Shown here in pieces: positions 9,268 through 18,700 of a stretch of DNA of 64,000 bases. Location of the stretch: the IMG/VR virus record IMGVR_UViG_3300045988_107537, positions 1-64,000 of that record. One strand, 5' to 3'. Position 1 is the stretch's first letter. Each line of letters starts with the position of its first letter. A model generated the notes under the pieces. It was not told the DNA's origin, did no database searches, and saw nothing but the letters and a program-made list of their open reading frames with translations. The position numbers and the translations under genes are program-made. The stretch is from a virus.

Positions 9268-9566
9268 TTGCCCACCTCAATCTCTGCTCCGCAGTACGGG
9301 CAAAAATTATAGCCCATAACTTCAGGACTCGTAAATCCTTTAATGCCACCACCACATCTGTCGCATACCCATGCAGAGTTTTCGCAGCAATCAGCAAAAT
9401 CAAAAGTGGTAGTCTCTCGTAAGTCTTTAGAATCTACTGTTGGTTCTTCATCAATTACAAAACTTAGATTATCACTATCGTTATCACTCCAACCTGTGAC
9501 TAACGGATCGCAATGGAATCGCTTTATGGCATTTTTCTTGAATTTATCCGCGTCAATCAATCTCAT
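9264..9566 (-). CDS. Hypothetical protein with a C-terminal zinc ribbon (paralog of 20181..20507).
   Basis: MRLIDADKF ... CDRCGG ... CPYCGAEIE. Confidence 0.5.
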   Translation of the reverse strand: MRLIDADKFKKNAIKRFHCDPLVTGWSDNDSDNLSFVIDEEPTVDSKDLRETTTFDFADCCENSAWVCDRCGGGIKGFTSPEVMGYNFCPYCGAEIEVGK

Positions 9567-9567
9567 A

Positions 9568-9774
9568 TCAAAACACCTTCGTCAATAGACTCACACATAC
9601 GATGATAAAAATATTCAACGCGACGATAGTCCACTTTACATATTTAAGCTTGATGTCGTACATTACAGTATTACGTAAAAAATCATATAGAATTTCCTCA
9701 GAACGGATGATTGTCGCTGCAAGAATCAAAATTATATACGATTTAACAAGCAGCCAAGAAATATTAACAAGCAT
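9568..9774 (-). CDS. Small membrane protein.
   Basis: A 68-aa protein with two hydrophobic helices. Confidence 0.45.
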   Translation of the reverse strand: MLVNISWLLVKSYIILILAATIIRSEEILYDFLRNTVMYDIKLKYVKWTIVALNIFIIVCVSLLTKVF

Positions 9775-9775
9775 T

Positions 9776-10000
9776 TTACGCCACTTCCTTCCATCTCGTT
9801 ACGATGTGCTCTGCACGCTGCCACTCATGTAAACCAGTCTGCTTGTACCAGTTTACAAGGCTCACTGTTCTATCAAGAGACAAATACGGATGAATAGCAA
9901 ATCCAAGGAACACGCTATCATCTGCGTCACAATAGCAAAGCAGTGGGACTCTATCGGGTGGATTATCGGCAACAGTACGCCAGTTGGAAATATCAATCAT
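9776..10000 (-). CDS. Hypothetical protein.
   Basis: A 74-aa ORF. Confidence 0.45.
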   Translation of the reverse strand: MIDISNWRTVADNPPDRVPLLCYCDADDSVFLGFAIHPYLSLDRTVSLVNWYKQTGLHEWQRAEHIVTRWKEVA

Positions 10001-10030
10001 AGTCTTTTCCTTTCTAATAAAAGCGGAATT

Positions 10031-10369
10031 TTATTTGCTACAATCCTTGTTTTTCTTAATCTTGTTGAGCAGTTTTTCGTATTCGTACTTATCGTCCGGC
10101 CAGTTAAGACTACTCCAATCCAACGCTTGCCCGCATTCTGGACAAAAATTATCAAACGGAGGTTTTAGTTTTTCAAGTTTCTTGTATAGATAACTATATC
10201 CACAACTTGGACATAAGACCATTTCACATAATGGTGCATTTTTAACCTTTTTAGGCATTCGAATTTTAAGTGCTTCCATTCCCATGTAACGAGCACGGTG
10301 GACTGTATATGAATCTTCGTAATAGGGATTTTTTGGGTCAAGAATCTCGATTGCTTGCTCAAGAGTCAT
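10031..10369 (-). CDS. Hypothetical zinc-ribbon protein.
   Basis: CPSCGYSY...CPECGQ. The start is uncertain; an internal Met was chosen to limit overlap. Confidence 0.45.
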   Translation of the reverse strand: MTLEQAIEILDPKNPYYEDSYTVHRARYMGMEALKIRMPKKVKNAPLCEMVLCPSCGYSYLYKKLEKLKPPFDNFCPECGQALDWSSLNWPDDKYEYEKLLNKIKKNKDCSK

Positions 10370-10796
10370 CCCTATCACACTCCTGTTTTGTCTTATAGTC
10401 ATCGAAGAACGAACCATAATCAAACCACTGATCTTTGATGATGTTACCGATGATTTTCACAGACTCTCCTCTTTTGATAGCTGCACGGATATATTTTCCT
10501 TTTAGTGATTCAAGTTCAGAACAATCAACAACATCTAAAATTCTTACGATAGCTTCAGCTCCGCCTTCGTAACCTTCAAAATTTGCGGCATTCCCATCTT
10601 TAATAAGCTCTCCATTGATGTAGAATCTTCTACCGATAGAAGGGCCTATGTAATTTACTCCCCATCCATCACCTTCTAAAGTGAGTGCAAGAGAAAGAAA
10701 TCCGTAATCTTTTATTCCAAAAGATACATTTTTAATGTATGCGTTTCTCAGCTCATATCCATTAGCTTCAAGAAAGTCTTTAGTCCACTTTTTCAT
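10359..10796 (-). CDS. Hypothetical protein.
   Basis: A 145-aa ORF. Confidence 0.5.
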   Translation of the reverse strand: MKKWTKDFLEANGYELRNAYIKNVSFGIKDYGFLSLALTLEGDGWGVNYIGPSIGRRFYINGELIKDGNAANFEGYEGGAEAIVRILDVVDCSELESLKGKYIRAAIKRGESVKIIGNIIKDQWFDYGSFFDDYKTKQECDRDDS

Positions 10797-10821
10797 ATTG
10801 GCACCTCCTAAAACGGCACTT

Positions 10822-11007
10822 TTATTGAATATTAAATTCTTCCGCTAGAATTCGTTTGAGCTCATTTGTTCCAACTGCTTTCATATAAGTATGAGGCTCT
10901 TTTACAGTTGATACTCTAATAGCACTTTGGCTGATTCTAGCCAGTAGTCGATTGTACAAATCTGTCTGGTTATTTTGATTGTTTTCGTGTTCAATGTTTT
11001 CAATCAT
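10822..11007 (-). CDS. Hypothetical protein.
   Basis: A 61-aa ORF. Confidence 0.4.
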   Translation of the reverse strand: MIENIEHENNQNNQTDLYNRLLARISQSAIRVSTVKEPHTYMKAVGTNELKRILAEEFNIQ

Positions 11008-11356
11008 TCTTACTCTTTCTCCACAATCCGTACTTTTTCATAATATCGAAGAAATCTTCCATAAGAGTATCGGCCATCTTACCAGAGATTTCAGGAAGGT
11101 CTAAACCAAAATCTCTAAAAGCACAATGTAAACAACCCCATGGAGTTAAAGCAAATTTTTCATAAAAGTCATCTTCAGGATTGTTTTCTTTTGAGTCTAA
11201 CATATTCGTCTCGTACTCAAACTGTCTCACTTCATCCTTGGTGAGCCATTTCTGCCACTTACCACAAACAGAGCAATACAGACCAATCTGGCTATCTTTG
11301 CTCTGGATAAAGAAAGATTTACTGCCACATTTACATTTGAAGTCCATCTCAGCCAC
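11000..11356 (-). CDS. Hypothetical zinc-ribbon protein.
   Basis: CKCGSKSF...CSVCGK near the N-terminus. Confidence 0.5.
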   Translation of the reverse strand: MAEMDFKCKCGSKSFFIQSKDSQIGLYCSVCGKWQKWLTKDEVRQFEYETNMLDSKENNPEDDFYEKFALTPWGCLHCAFRDFGLDLPEISGKMADTLMEDFFDIMKKYGLWRKSKND

Positions 11357-11549
11357 CTGCCTTTTCTACATTTTGAACCATGCAGCTCATACCGGGATGA
11401 GATTTTTCAAAACGATGATGTGCTTTGTTCATGGCATCATTTTGATCCTGCGCTTTGACCATATATGTATTAGTTGCCTGAATTCCATCTTCATAAAACA
11501 GGACTTCTACTGACCAATAATTCATATAGCTCCCTTCATGCCACCACAC
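11349..11549 (-). CDS. Hypothetical protein.
   Basis: A 66-aa ORF. Confidence 0.4.
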   Translation of the reverse strand: MWWHEGSYMNYWSVEVLFYEDGIQATNTYMVKAQDQNDAMNKAHHRFEKSHPGMSCMVQNVEKAGG

Positions 11550-11561
11550 CCACCCTGCTTG

Positions 11562-11765
11562 TTAGTTTACTTCCTCGTATGTCTTTTCAAAGATATCGGG
11601 CTTGCAAGAGTAAATCTCTCCGTTCACGCCACGGATAATATAGTCTCCGTAGTTCGCGTGCATCACACCTTCCAACGTTTCGATGTCTGCGTTAGTGTCT
11701 GGAACGTGAATAAATCCGCTACTCAACCCATGCAAAGTAACCGTTCTGTCTGTCACCTTATTCAT
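11562..11765 (-). CDS. Hypothetical protein.
   Basis: A 67-aa ORF. Confidence 0.4.
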   Translation of the reverse strand: MNKVTDRTVTLHGLSSGFIHVPDTNADIETLEGVMHANYGDYIIRGVNGEIYSCKPDIFEKTYEEVN

Positions 11766-11817
11766 AAACCAGTCTGGAATGCTTCGACGACAACAGGTTT
11801 CTTACGATACCACCCCA

Positions 11818-12042
11818 TTACTTTCGACTTCCTTTCAAGAATCCTTCAAGCAAAATAAGAGCCAACCAAATACCTGTCGCAACCTTGACCGTAAACGTGA
11901 TATTTAATAGTTTAAAAATAAGCCAGACAGCACCAATCGTGGTAATCCACGAAGTAAAATAAATTAAGGCAAGAAATAAAATAGTTCCAAGAAAAGAACC
12001 AAGTGCCTTAAAGAAATTCTTCCACACTTCTATTCCAATCAC
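11818..12042 (-). CDS. Small membrane protein.
   Basis: A 74-aa protein with two transmembrane helices. Confidence 0.45.
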   Translation of the reverse strand: MIGIEVWKNFFKALGSFLGTILFLALIYFTSWITTIGAVWLIFKLLNITFTVKVATGIWLALILLEGFLKGSRK

Positions 12043-12058
12043 CTTCTTTCAAAAATTT

Positions 12059-12340
12059 TCATTTTATAGATTCCTCTTTGATACACTGGTTGGTCAGCTT
12101 TTTGTACACGTCCTCGTACAGCTCCTGTTTATCGCCGTTGTAGGTATACTCGGCGTAGATACCGTCACCACTGACGGTAGTAGACAGCAGCGCCTTATAG
12201 TTCTGGAGCGTCTTGCAACTCCAAACCACAAAGACGTTCTCCAAAGTGATTTTGGTTTTGCTGTTCTCGTTATACCACTTGACCAGTGCGTTTTTGCAAA
12301 CGCTCTCATAGTGCGCCATACCTGTAATAATCATAATCAA
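12059..12340 (-). CDS. Hypothetical protein (locally GC-elevated segment).
   Basis: A 93-aa ORF. Confidence 0.45.
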   Translation of the reverse strand: MIMIITGMAHYESVCKNALVKWYNENSKTKITLENVFVVWSCKTLQNYKALLSTTVSGDGIYAEYTYNGDKQELYEDVYKKLTNQCIKEESIK

Positions 12341-12813
12341 GTCTCCTTTTTGAATATAACAGTAATCCAGTTATCTGGATAATCCTCTTCTTCCTTTGTT
12401 GTTTTCACATATCCGGGCATTTCAAAATTCCATGCAAGATAATTTAGAATTTCAAGGTTGTGTAAATCGCAATAATACCAGTCCCATGGTCTACTCCATT
12501 CCGACCAGTGAAGAAGATATGCATTATCACGGCATGTAAGATAAAAACTATTGTCCAAAGTACACACGCTGCACACTTTTGGAAACGCATATCTTAGGAT
12601 ACGGTCAGTTCGTTTATCGCTCCACTTATTCAATTTTTTGCGACGGAACCCCTCGACCTTAGTGCGAAATTTTTCGCCCCAATATATAGCAACAAGAAGC
12701 GGATATAGAAACCAATAAGGTGTTTTAATGTCCATGTTTTTATAATGATAGTATTTTGTGACCTTGGTTTCTTTCTTCTTTTCTTCTTGCAACTTTTTAC
12801 TAAGTCTGTCCAT
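12337..12813 (-). CDS. Hypothetical Trp-rich protein (HW..PWDW motif).
   Basis: A 158-aa paralog-like relative of 3844..4305. Confidence 0.5.
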   Translation of the reverse strand: MDRLSKKLQEEKKKETKVTKYYHYKNMDIKTPYWFLYPLLVAIYWGEKFRTKVEGFRRKKLNKWSDKRTDRILRYAFPKVCSVCTLDNSFYLTCRDNAYLLHWSEWSRPWDWYYCDLHNLEILNYLAWNFEMPGYVKTTKEEEDYPDNWITVIFKKET

Positions 12814-12851
12814 GTATATTTAATCCCACCAACCCACCACTTATACGTTAT

Positions 12852-15047
12852 TTAGTTGTCGCTCAAATGAACTACTCGGTCACGAATCTCTTGGGTGCGT
12901 CCCTGATTCCAAAAATGGCTTCCTACGTACCCACAAGTACGCCGTGCGACATTCATTTTATTCTGGTCGCGGTTACCACAATTCGGGCACTCCCACACTA
13001 GCTTGCCGTTGTCCTCCACAATCTTGATCTCGCCGTCATAACCGCACACCTGACAGTAGTCGGACTTGGTGTTCAACTCGGCGTACATAATGTTGTCGTA
13101 GATGAACTTCATAACGCTAATGACGGCAGGAATATTCTGCTGCATATTAGGAACTTCCACATAGCTGATGGCACCGCCCGGCGAAAGCTTCTGGAACTCG
13201 CTCTCAAACTTCAGCTTAGTGAATGCATCAATGTGTTCACGAACATTGACATGGTAAGAATTGGTAATGTACTCATGATCAGTTACTTCAGGAATAATTC
13301 CAAACCGCTTCTGCAGACACTTGGCGAACTTGTAAGTGGTGGATTCCAGCGGGGTGCCGTAGAGGGAATAGTCCATATTCTCGGCCTTCTTCCACTCGTT
13401 GCACTTGTCGTTCATGTGCTGCATGATTTCAAGAGCGAACGGTTTTGCTTCAGAATCGGTGTGACTCTTTCCGGTCATATACTTCACGCACTCATACAGA
13501 CCGGCGTAGCCCAGACTGATGGTGGAGTAGCCGCCAAAGAGCAGCTTGTCGATCTTTTCGCCCTTCTTTAGGCGAGCCAGTGCTCCATACTGCCAATGAA
13601 TAGGACTCATGTCAGAAACAGTTCCGAGTAAACGCTTATGTCGAATCTGAAGTGCTCGATGACACAATTCAAGACGCTCATCAAAAATCTTCCAGAACTT
13701 ATCTTTGTCTTTTCCAGAGCTACAAGCTACGTCCACCAGATTGATGGTGACCACACCCTGATTGAAGCGACCATAATATTTATGACCCTTTACCCAATTC
13801 TTTGCGTTAGCCACATTCTCAGTAGTTCGGTCAGGCGTTAGGAATGATCTACACCCCATGCTGACCCACACGCCACCCTTGAGTTCCTTCATAACTTTTG
13901 CAGAAATGTAATCGGGAACCATACGCTTTGCAGTACACTTAGCGGCCAACTCCGTCAGGTAATAGTATTTAGAATCAGGATGAATATTATCCTCATCGAG
14001 AACGTAAATCAGCTTCGGGAACGCAGGAGTAATCCACGCTCCGGTTTCATTTTTAACACCCTGAATACGCTGTTTTAGCATTTCTTCAATAATAACAGCC
14101 AAGTCATCACGAGTCTGTCCTTCAGGAACTTCATCCAGATACATGAATACGGTAATGAAAGGAGCCTGACCATTGGTTGTCATCAACGTAATCACTTGAT
14201 ACTGGATAGTTTGAACACCACGAGCGATTTCTTTATGTAAACGTTCTTCAACAATGCGATTGATGGTCTCCTTTGCTGGCATCTTATCAATCTCATTGTT
14301 TTGGACCATATCGTAAAACTCCTGATGGACTTCCTTCTCGATTTTCTTACGAGAAACATCTACGAACGGAGCCAGATGAGATAAAGTAATACTCTGTCCA
14401 CCGTATTGGTTAGAAGCCACCTGAGCAACGATCTGCGTAGCAATATTACAGGCGGTGGAGAAGCTGTGCGGTCGGTCAATTCCAGTACCAGAGATTACAG
14501 TACCGTTCTGCAGCATATCCTCCAGGTTGACCAGATCGCAGTTGTGCATATGTTGAACGAAATAATCTGTATCATGTACATGAATGATACCCGCCTTATG
14601 CGCATCCAGAATATCCTTCGGAAGCAACAGTCGCTCTGTCAATTCTTTGGATGCCTCGCCAGCCATATAATCGCGCTGGACGCTGTTTACAGTAGGGTTC
14701 TTATTACTATTCTCCTGATTGATTGCATCGTTCCGAATATCGATGATATCCAAAATGCTCGCATTAGTCTTTTCCTTTTCTCGGATTTCCTGACGATATT
14801 TACGCCACTGACTATACGCTTCTGCTACATCTGAAAAAGGACTATTTTTCAGACTGTCAATCACGATATCCTGAATCTGCTCAACCGATAGGATATCGGG
14901 CATATCGGCAATATAGTCAGCGATTGCATTTGATACACGAGCGTCGATACCACCAGGCGTACAGGTCATCGCCTTCTCAATCGCATTTACAATCTTACTC
15001 TTATCAAAAGGAACTTTCGTTCCATCGCGTTTAATCACATATTCCAT
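12852..15047 (-). CDS. nrdD: Anaerobic ribonucleoside-triphosphate reductase (class III RNR).
   Basis: The 731-aa protein has an N-terminal ATP-cone (VIKRDGTKVPFDKSKI), a C-terminal Zn ribbon (CQVCGY...CPNCGN) and a glycyl-radical motif RRTCGYVG. The RBS is AAGAGGTG. Confidence 0.9.
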   Translation of the reverse strand: MEYVIKRDGTKVPFDKSKIVNAIEKAMTCTPGGIDARVSNAIADYIADMPDILSVEQIQDIVIDSLKNSPFSDVAEAYSQWRKYRQEIREKEKTNASILDIIDIRNDAINQENSNKNPTVNSVQRDYMAGEASKELTERLLLPKDILDAHKAGIIHVHDTDYFVQHMHNCDLVNLEDMLQNGTVISGTGIDRPHSFSTACNIATQIVAQVASNQYGGQSITLSHLAPFVDVSRKKIEKEVHQEFYDMVQNNEIDKMPAKETINRIVEERLHKEIARGVQTIQYQVITLMTTNGQAPFITVFMYLDEVPEGQTRDDLAVIIEEMLKQRIQGVKNETGAWITPAFPKLIYVLDEDNIHPDSKYYYLTELAAKCTAKRMVPDYISAKVMKELKGGVWVSMGCRSFLTPDRTTENVANAKNWVKGHKYYGRFNQGVVTINLVDVACSSGKDKDKFWKIFDERLELCHRALQIRHKRLLGTVSDMSPIHWQYGALARLKKGEKIDKLLFGGYSTISLGYAGLYECVKYMTGKSHTDSEAKPFALEIMQHMNDKCNEWKKAENMDYSLYGTPLESTTYKFAKCLQKRFGIIPEVTDHEYITNSYHVNVREHIDAFTKLKFESEFQKLSPGGAISYVEVPNMQQNIPAVISVMKFIYDNIMYAELNTKSDYCQVCGYDGEIKIVEDNGKLVWECPNCGNRDQNKMNVARRTCGYVGSHFWNQGRTQEIRDRVVHLSDN

Positions 15048-15058
15048 GTAATCACCTC

Positions 15059-16582
15059 TTACTCAGCATCCTGCACATCGTTCTTTTCAGAAACAATCGT
15101 CGAATCGCTTACAAGGTTCACATTCTTAGTGACCTTTGCATCGTAACTGTTGGCACGGACAATTTCCTTCATATCAATGCCAGTTGCTTCACGAACGGCC
15201 TCAAAAGTCTGAGCCATGACTGCTGGGACATTGCCGGAAATCTCAGAAACGCCATTTGCGTTACTGCCAATGATGGAAACCTTGTCAATGGACGCCAGCG
15301 GCTTTGCAACCTCGGATGCAATGCTAGGAAGAATCTTAATGATCATTTCGCCCATAGCCGCACCATTGTACTGCTTGTAAGCTTCAGCCTTCTTCAGCAT
15401 AGCTTCTGCTTCAGCAAGACCCTTCTGCTTGATGGCCTCAGCTTCCGCCATACCAACCATACGGATGCCTTCTGCCTCCTGTTCCTTAGCGAACTTTGCG
15501 GATTCTGCAGAACGCTCTGCTTCGTACTTCTTTGCTTCAGCTTCCTTCTGACGCTTATACAGGTCGGCGTCTGCCTGCTTACGAACTTCCGCATCCAGCT
15601 TCTGCTGGCGAACTTCTGCTTCTTTAGCGGCCAGTTCAACCATCTTTTTCTGCTGTGCAATAGCTGCATCGGCTTCAGCTTCCTTGATTTCCTTATCACG
15701 GAGATTCATCTGAATCTGACCAGCCGCCTCAGCATCAGCATTTGCTCTATCGGCCTTAGTCTTCAGAGCGGCCTGAGCCAGCAGATACTCATTGTTGCGC
15801 TGGGCAATAGCAGTCTTGGACTCAATTTCCTTTTCGTTTGCTTCACGAGCCGTGTCAGCCTTTGCGCGAGCAATATCACGAGCGGCTTCTGCCTTAGCAA
15901 TCTCAGCCTGCTTCTTCACCAGTTCCTCCTGCTGAACACCAATTGCTTCAATGACACCATGGTTATGACCCTGTGCGTCAATAGCATCCTTGATATCCTG
16001 AACATTAAAGGTAACAACTTCCAGACCCATCTTTGCCAGATCGGGACGAGCATTTTCCACAACAGAGATAGCCATCTGCTTACGATTGGTTAGAATGTCG
16101 TTGACAGTCATTTCGGAAACAATCTCACGCAGATTTCCCTGCAGGACATCGTTAATCTTCTCGTTGATTCCATCTTCGCTCATGCCAAGGAAGTTAGAAA
16201 TAGCAGCCTGCTGACGAGCACTGATATAGGTTTTGGCATCTGCACAACCTGCACTCTTGATTTCCTCATCAGTTATAGTAGAATTTTCGGAGTAAACCTG
16301 AACAGTAACAACGGAGTCCAGCCACAAAGAAACGCCCTCTTTAGTCTTAACACCGGTCTCAGGAGTCTTGACATCAATCTTGAGCAGTCGCATATTCAAT
16401 CGGTCAGCTCGCTGAATAACAGGCAGGACGAACACACCACGACCACAGATAACCTTTGGTTTAGACAGTCCAAAGCCGGTCACAACGATTGCCTGAGTCG
16501 GAGGAGCCTTTTTATAACAAGCAAATGCAAAGGCGACCAGAAGGATAACAACGACAGGAATCGCAATAAACATCATATTCAT
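15059..16582 (-). CDS. Flotillin-like SPFH / band-7 domain membrane protein.
   Basis: The protein has an N-terminal transmembrane segment, an SPFH domain, and a long Ala/Glu/Lys-rich coiled coil (AEAEA repeats) typical of FloT/YqiK. The start is refined to MNMMFIAIPVV with an AAAGGAG RBS. Confidence 0.7.
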   Translation of the reverse strand: MNMMFIAIPVVVILLVAFAFACYKKAPPTQAIVVTGFGLSKPKVICGRGVFVLPVIQRADRLNMRLLKIDVKTPETGVKTKEGVSLWLDSVVTVQVYSENSTITDEEIKSAGCADAKTYISARQQAAISNFLGMSEDGINEKINDVLQGNLREIVSEMTVNDILTNRKQMAISVVENARPDLAKMGLEVVTFNVQDIKDAIDAQGHNHGVIEAIGVQQEELVKKQAEIAKAEAARDIARAKADTAREANEKEIESKTAIAQRNNEYLLAQAALKTKADRANADAEAAGQIQMNLRDKEIKEAEADAAIAQQKKMVELAAKEAEVRQQKLDAEVRKQADADLYKRQKEAEAKKYEAERSAESAKFAKEQEAEGIRMVGMAEAEAIKQKGLAEAEAMLKKAEAYKQYNGAAMGEMIIKILPSIASEVAKPLASIDKVSIIGSNANGVSEISGNVPAVMAQTFEAVREATGIDMKEIVRANSYDAKVTKNVNLVSDSTIVSEKNDVQDAE

Positions 16583-16701
16583 GTATTTTTCTCCTTTATT
16601 ATCTTGAAACAAATTTGGCAAAGCCAAAAATCAACATTGTAACAAACAGGGTGAATGCCGCAAATGGTTCTTCCCAGTTGTATCTCATTTATGTAAACCT
16701 C

Positions 16702-17142
16702 TTAAAACTTGACCTCATCTGCACAATCAGGAAACACGGCAGTTTCAATGTTTGGAGCATGGATTTCTGGACGGAAAACCAAGTCATCCGTATAGTCAGG
16801 CTTTGCATGACGAGGAACATAATTCTGCATCATAGTCGGCTTATCATTAACCTCATCAGTAATTTTCTTGAGCGTATCTACAACACTTTCAGCAGCCTTT
16901 TGCTGTTCCTCTAAAAGCCGGATTTTATAGTCCAAATACCAACGTGCCTTCGTCAAATCTTGAAGCTGAGAATTGCCATCTTTGTGACCTGCACGGCTCA
17001 GATACTTACCAACATTCCAAAGGTAAGCATCTTTATCCAGCTGCCACTCTCGCAACACTTTAATGGCTTCGTAGGGATTGTCTGCACCGCCGTAATGGAC
17101 TGGATGGTCTACGTTCTTCTTAATTTCGTCAAGTGTTTGCAT
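16702..17142 (-). CDS. DUF3310-like phage protein.
   Basis: HYGG...NVGKYLSRAGHKDG...DLTKARWYL matches the DUF3310 consensus as I recall it. The start is refined to MQTLDEIKK with an AAGGAGG RBS. Confidence 0.5.
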   Translation of the reverse strand: MQTLDEIKKNVDHPVHYGGADNPYEAIKVLREWQLDKDAYLWNVGKYLSRAGHKDGNSQLQDLTKARWYLDYKIRLLEEQQKAAESVVDTLKKITDEVNDKPTMMQNYVPRHAKPDYTDDLVFRPEIHAPNIETAVFPDCADEVKF

Positions 17143-17845
17143 CAATAACCTCCTTGTTTTTTTCAATAGGCTTATAAACATCTGCCAACCGAGGATGACG
17201 GCCACAGCAACCACGACCCTCTGGGCAGAACGGATACTTCGGATTAGCCTCGCAGGAAGGAACCATCCAGTTTGCTACTTCAGGACAAACCTGTGTAACT
17301 TCCTTCTTCATTTCTGTAAACATCTCGCGGATTTCTTTTTGAGCCCTAGAACAAAGTCGAAGATGACTCATCTCAATCAAAGCACGAGCGTTCATCGTAA
17401 TGTAAAACTCTGTACAGCAAGCATTTGGCAGAACTGCACGGGCATCTTCGTTTTTGGCGTTGTGATACTTCTTGAGAATCTGATAATCGGTATCAATGTC
17501 CGACATCATATTATCGAAAACATCAGCATCTTCACCGGTAAACGGGTTCACATACTTGAATCCATCCTCGCTGCAATAACGCTGGCTACGGCAGCTCATG
17601 CTAATATGTCGATGACGACTAATCTGTGCCAGAAGTGCTCTGCTTACATCTTTGACGTAGAACGTAAAGTTGATGTGCTCAAGCACAGAATAGTGACCGC
17701 TTGCCTTACATCCCTTGGCAATCTTATAATCGTCAGTCATTGAAGAATCGTAACAAATACTCGCAGCTTCCTCCACAATATCTAAAGGATTTTTGTCACT
17801 TGTAGGAACAACTCGCTGTGTGTACGCGATCAAATCAACAATCAT
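17129..17845 (-). CDS. thyX: Flavin-dependent thymidylate synthase.
   Basis: The ThyX signature RHRHISMSCRSQRY (RHRxxSxxxxSxRY) is present in a 238-aa protein. Confidence 0.88.
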   Translation of the reverse strand: MIVDLIAYTQRVVPTSDKNPLDIVEEAASICYDSSMTDDYKIAKGCKASGHYSVLEHINFTFYVKDVSRALLAQISRHRHISMSCRSQRYCSEDGFKYVNPFTGEDADVFDNMMSDIDTDYQILKKYHNAKNEDARAVLPNACCTEFYITMNARALIEMSHLRLCSRAQKEIREMFTEMKKEVTQVCPEVANWMVPSCEANPKYPFCPEGRGCCGRHPRLADVYKPIEKNKEVIDANT

Positions 17846-17855
17846 TCAACTCTCC

Positions 17856-18080
17856 TTAATATTCGTCCTGCCAGTTTTCAGGAATGTCACTCTCGTCAAT
17901 TACGATACAATTCCTTGGTGCAACATTCGTTGTGTACTTTCCGTCTTGAACTTTAATCATTACGTTCATAATTGAGACAACTTTACGAATGCTCCAAAGA
18001 ACTCCGCGACCATTTCGAGTTCTAGCTCTAAGAACTGTGTCGCCAACATGAATCTCTCTATTAAGAATATCGGTTACCAT
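17856..18080 (-). CDS. Hypothetical protein.
   Basis: A 74-aa ORF. Confidence 0.45.
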   Translation of the reverse strand: MVTDILNREIHVGDTVLRARTRNGRGVLWSIRKVVSIMNVMIKVQDGKYTTNVAPRNCIVIDESDIPENWQDEY

Positions 18081-18239
18081 TTAATCCTCCTTCACTTTAG
18101 AAGTGCAAACTTAAACCAATCTGGGAAGTTGGATACTGAAATCCCATACTTGATAAGGCAAGACAGCAACCACAACACAATCATGATTCCGACCGCAATA
18201 AGATAATCCTTAAAAATCTTAATGAAAGCGATCCACATC

Positions 18240-18443
18240 TTAATCCTGTCTCTCATTTACCTCACCTCTTTTAATCAACTCATCCACAGTAACCTCTCCA
18301 CAGAGAACCTGTTTAAGTTGCTCTTCTGACAACTGATATGTAATCAGTTCTCCACACTCGACAGGATATCGAGCTAAGGTTCTATAATACTCTGCAAGGG
18401 CTCGTTCCTTACGACCCTGCTCACGATGGTCAATACCAATCAT
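18240..18443 (-). CDS. Hypothetical protein.
   Basis: A 67-aa ORF. Confidence 0.4.
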   Translation of the reverse strand: MIGIDHREQGRKERALAEYYRTLARYPVECGELITYQLSEEQLKQVLCGEVTVDELIKRGEVNERQD

Positions 18444-18700
18444 ATCGCCCCACCTCCTTCCTCAAGTTTTTCGCTTTTACCAGTCACGACATACACGTCA
18501 TCTTCGAGATCTTCTTTGAGAATTTTTACGATGTTAAATAATTGTGGAAATGGGTCACCTTTATCTGTACATACAAGATAATAAGTATCCGTCTCCCATA
18601 TCACATCATAAAAATACCCTTTTCGCATTAAAATGAATTGATTCATGCACTCCACACAATAACAAGCATGATAGTTCGTCCTGAAGTACATCTGCTTCAT
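18440..18700 (-). CDS. Hypothetical protein.
   Basis: An 86-aa ORF. Confidence 0.45.
   Translation of the reverse strand: MKQMYFRTNYHACYCVECMNQFILMRKGYFYDVIWETDTYYLVCTDKGDPFPQLFNIVKILKEDLEDDVYVVTGKSEKLEEGGGAI

Noticed and set aside
9167-9403. A 78-aa Arg-rich ORF.
   Set aside because: It overlaps 9264..9566 by 140 nt in another frame. It is replaced by the better-supported coupled small ORF 9106..9267.
15394-15699. An ORF in the same strand but a different frame inside the flotillin gene, with a second one at 12094..12309.
   Set aside because: Both lie inside longer ORFs with clear domain content, and both are Arg-rich frame artefacts of GC-rich coiled-coil DNA.
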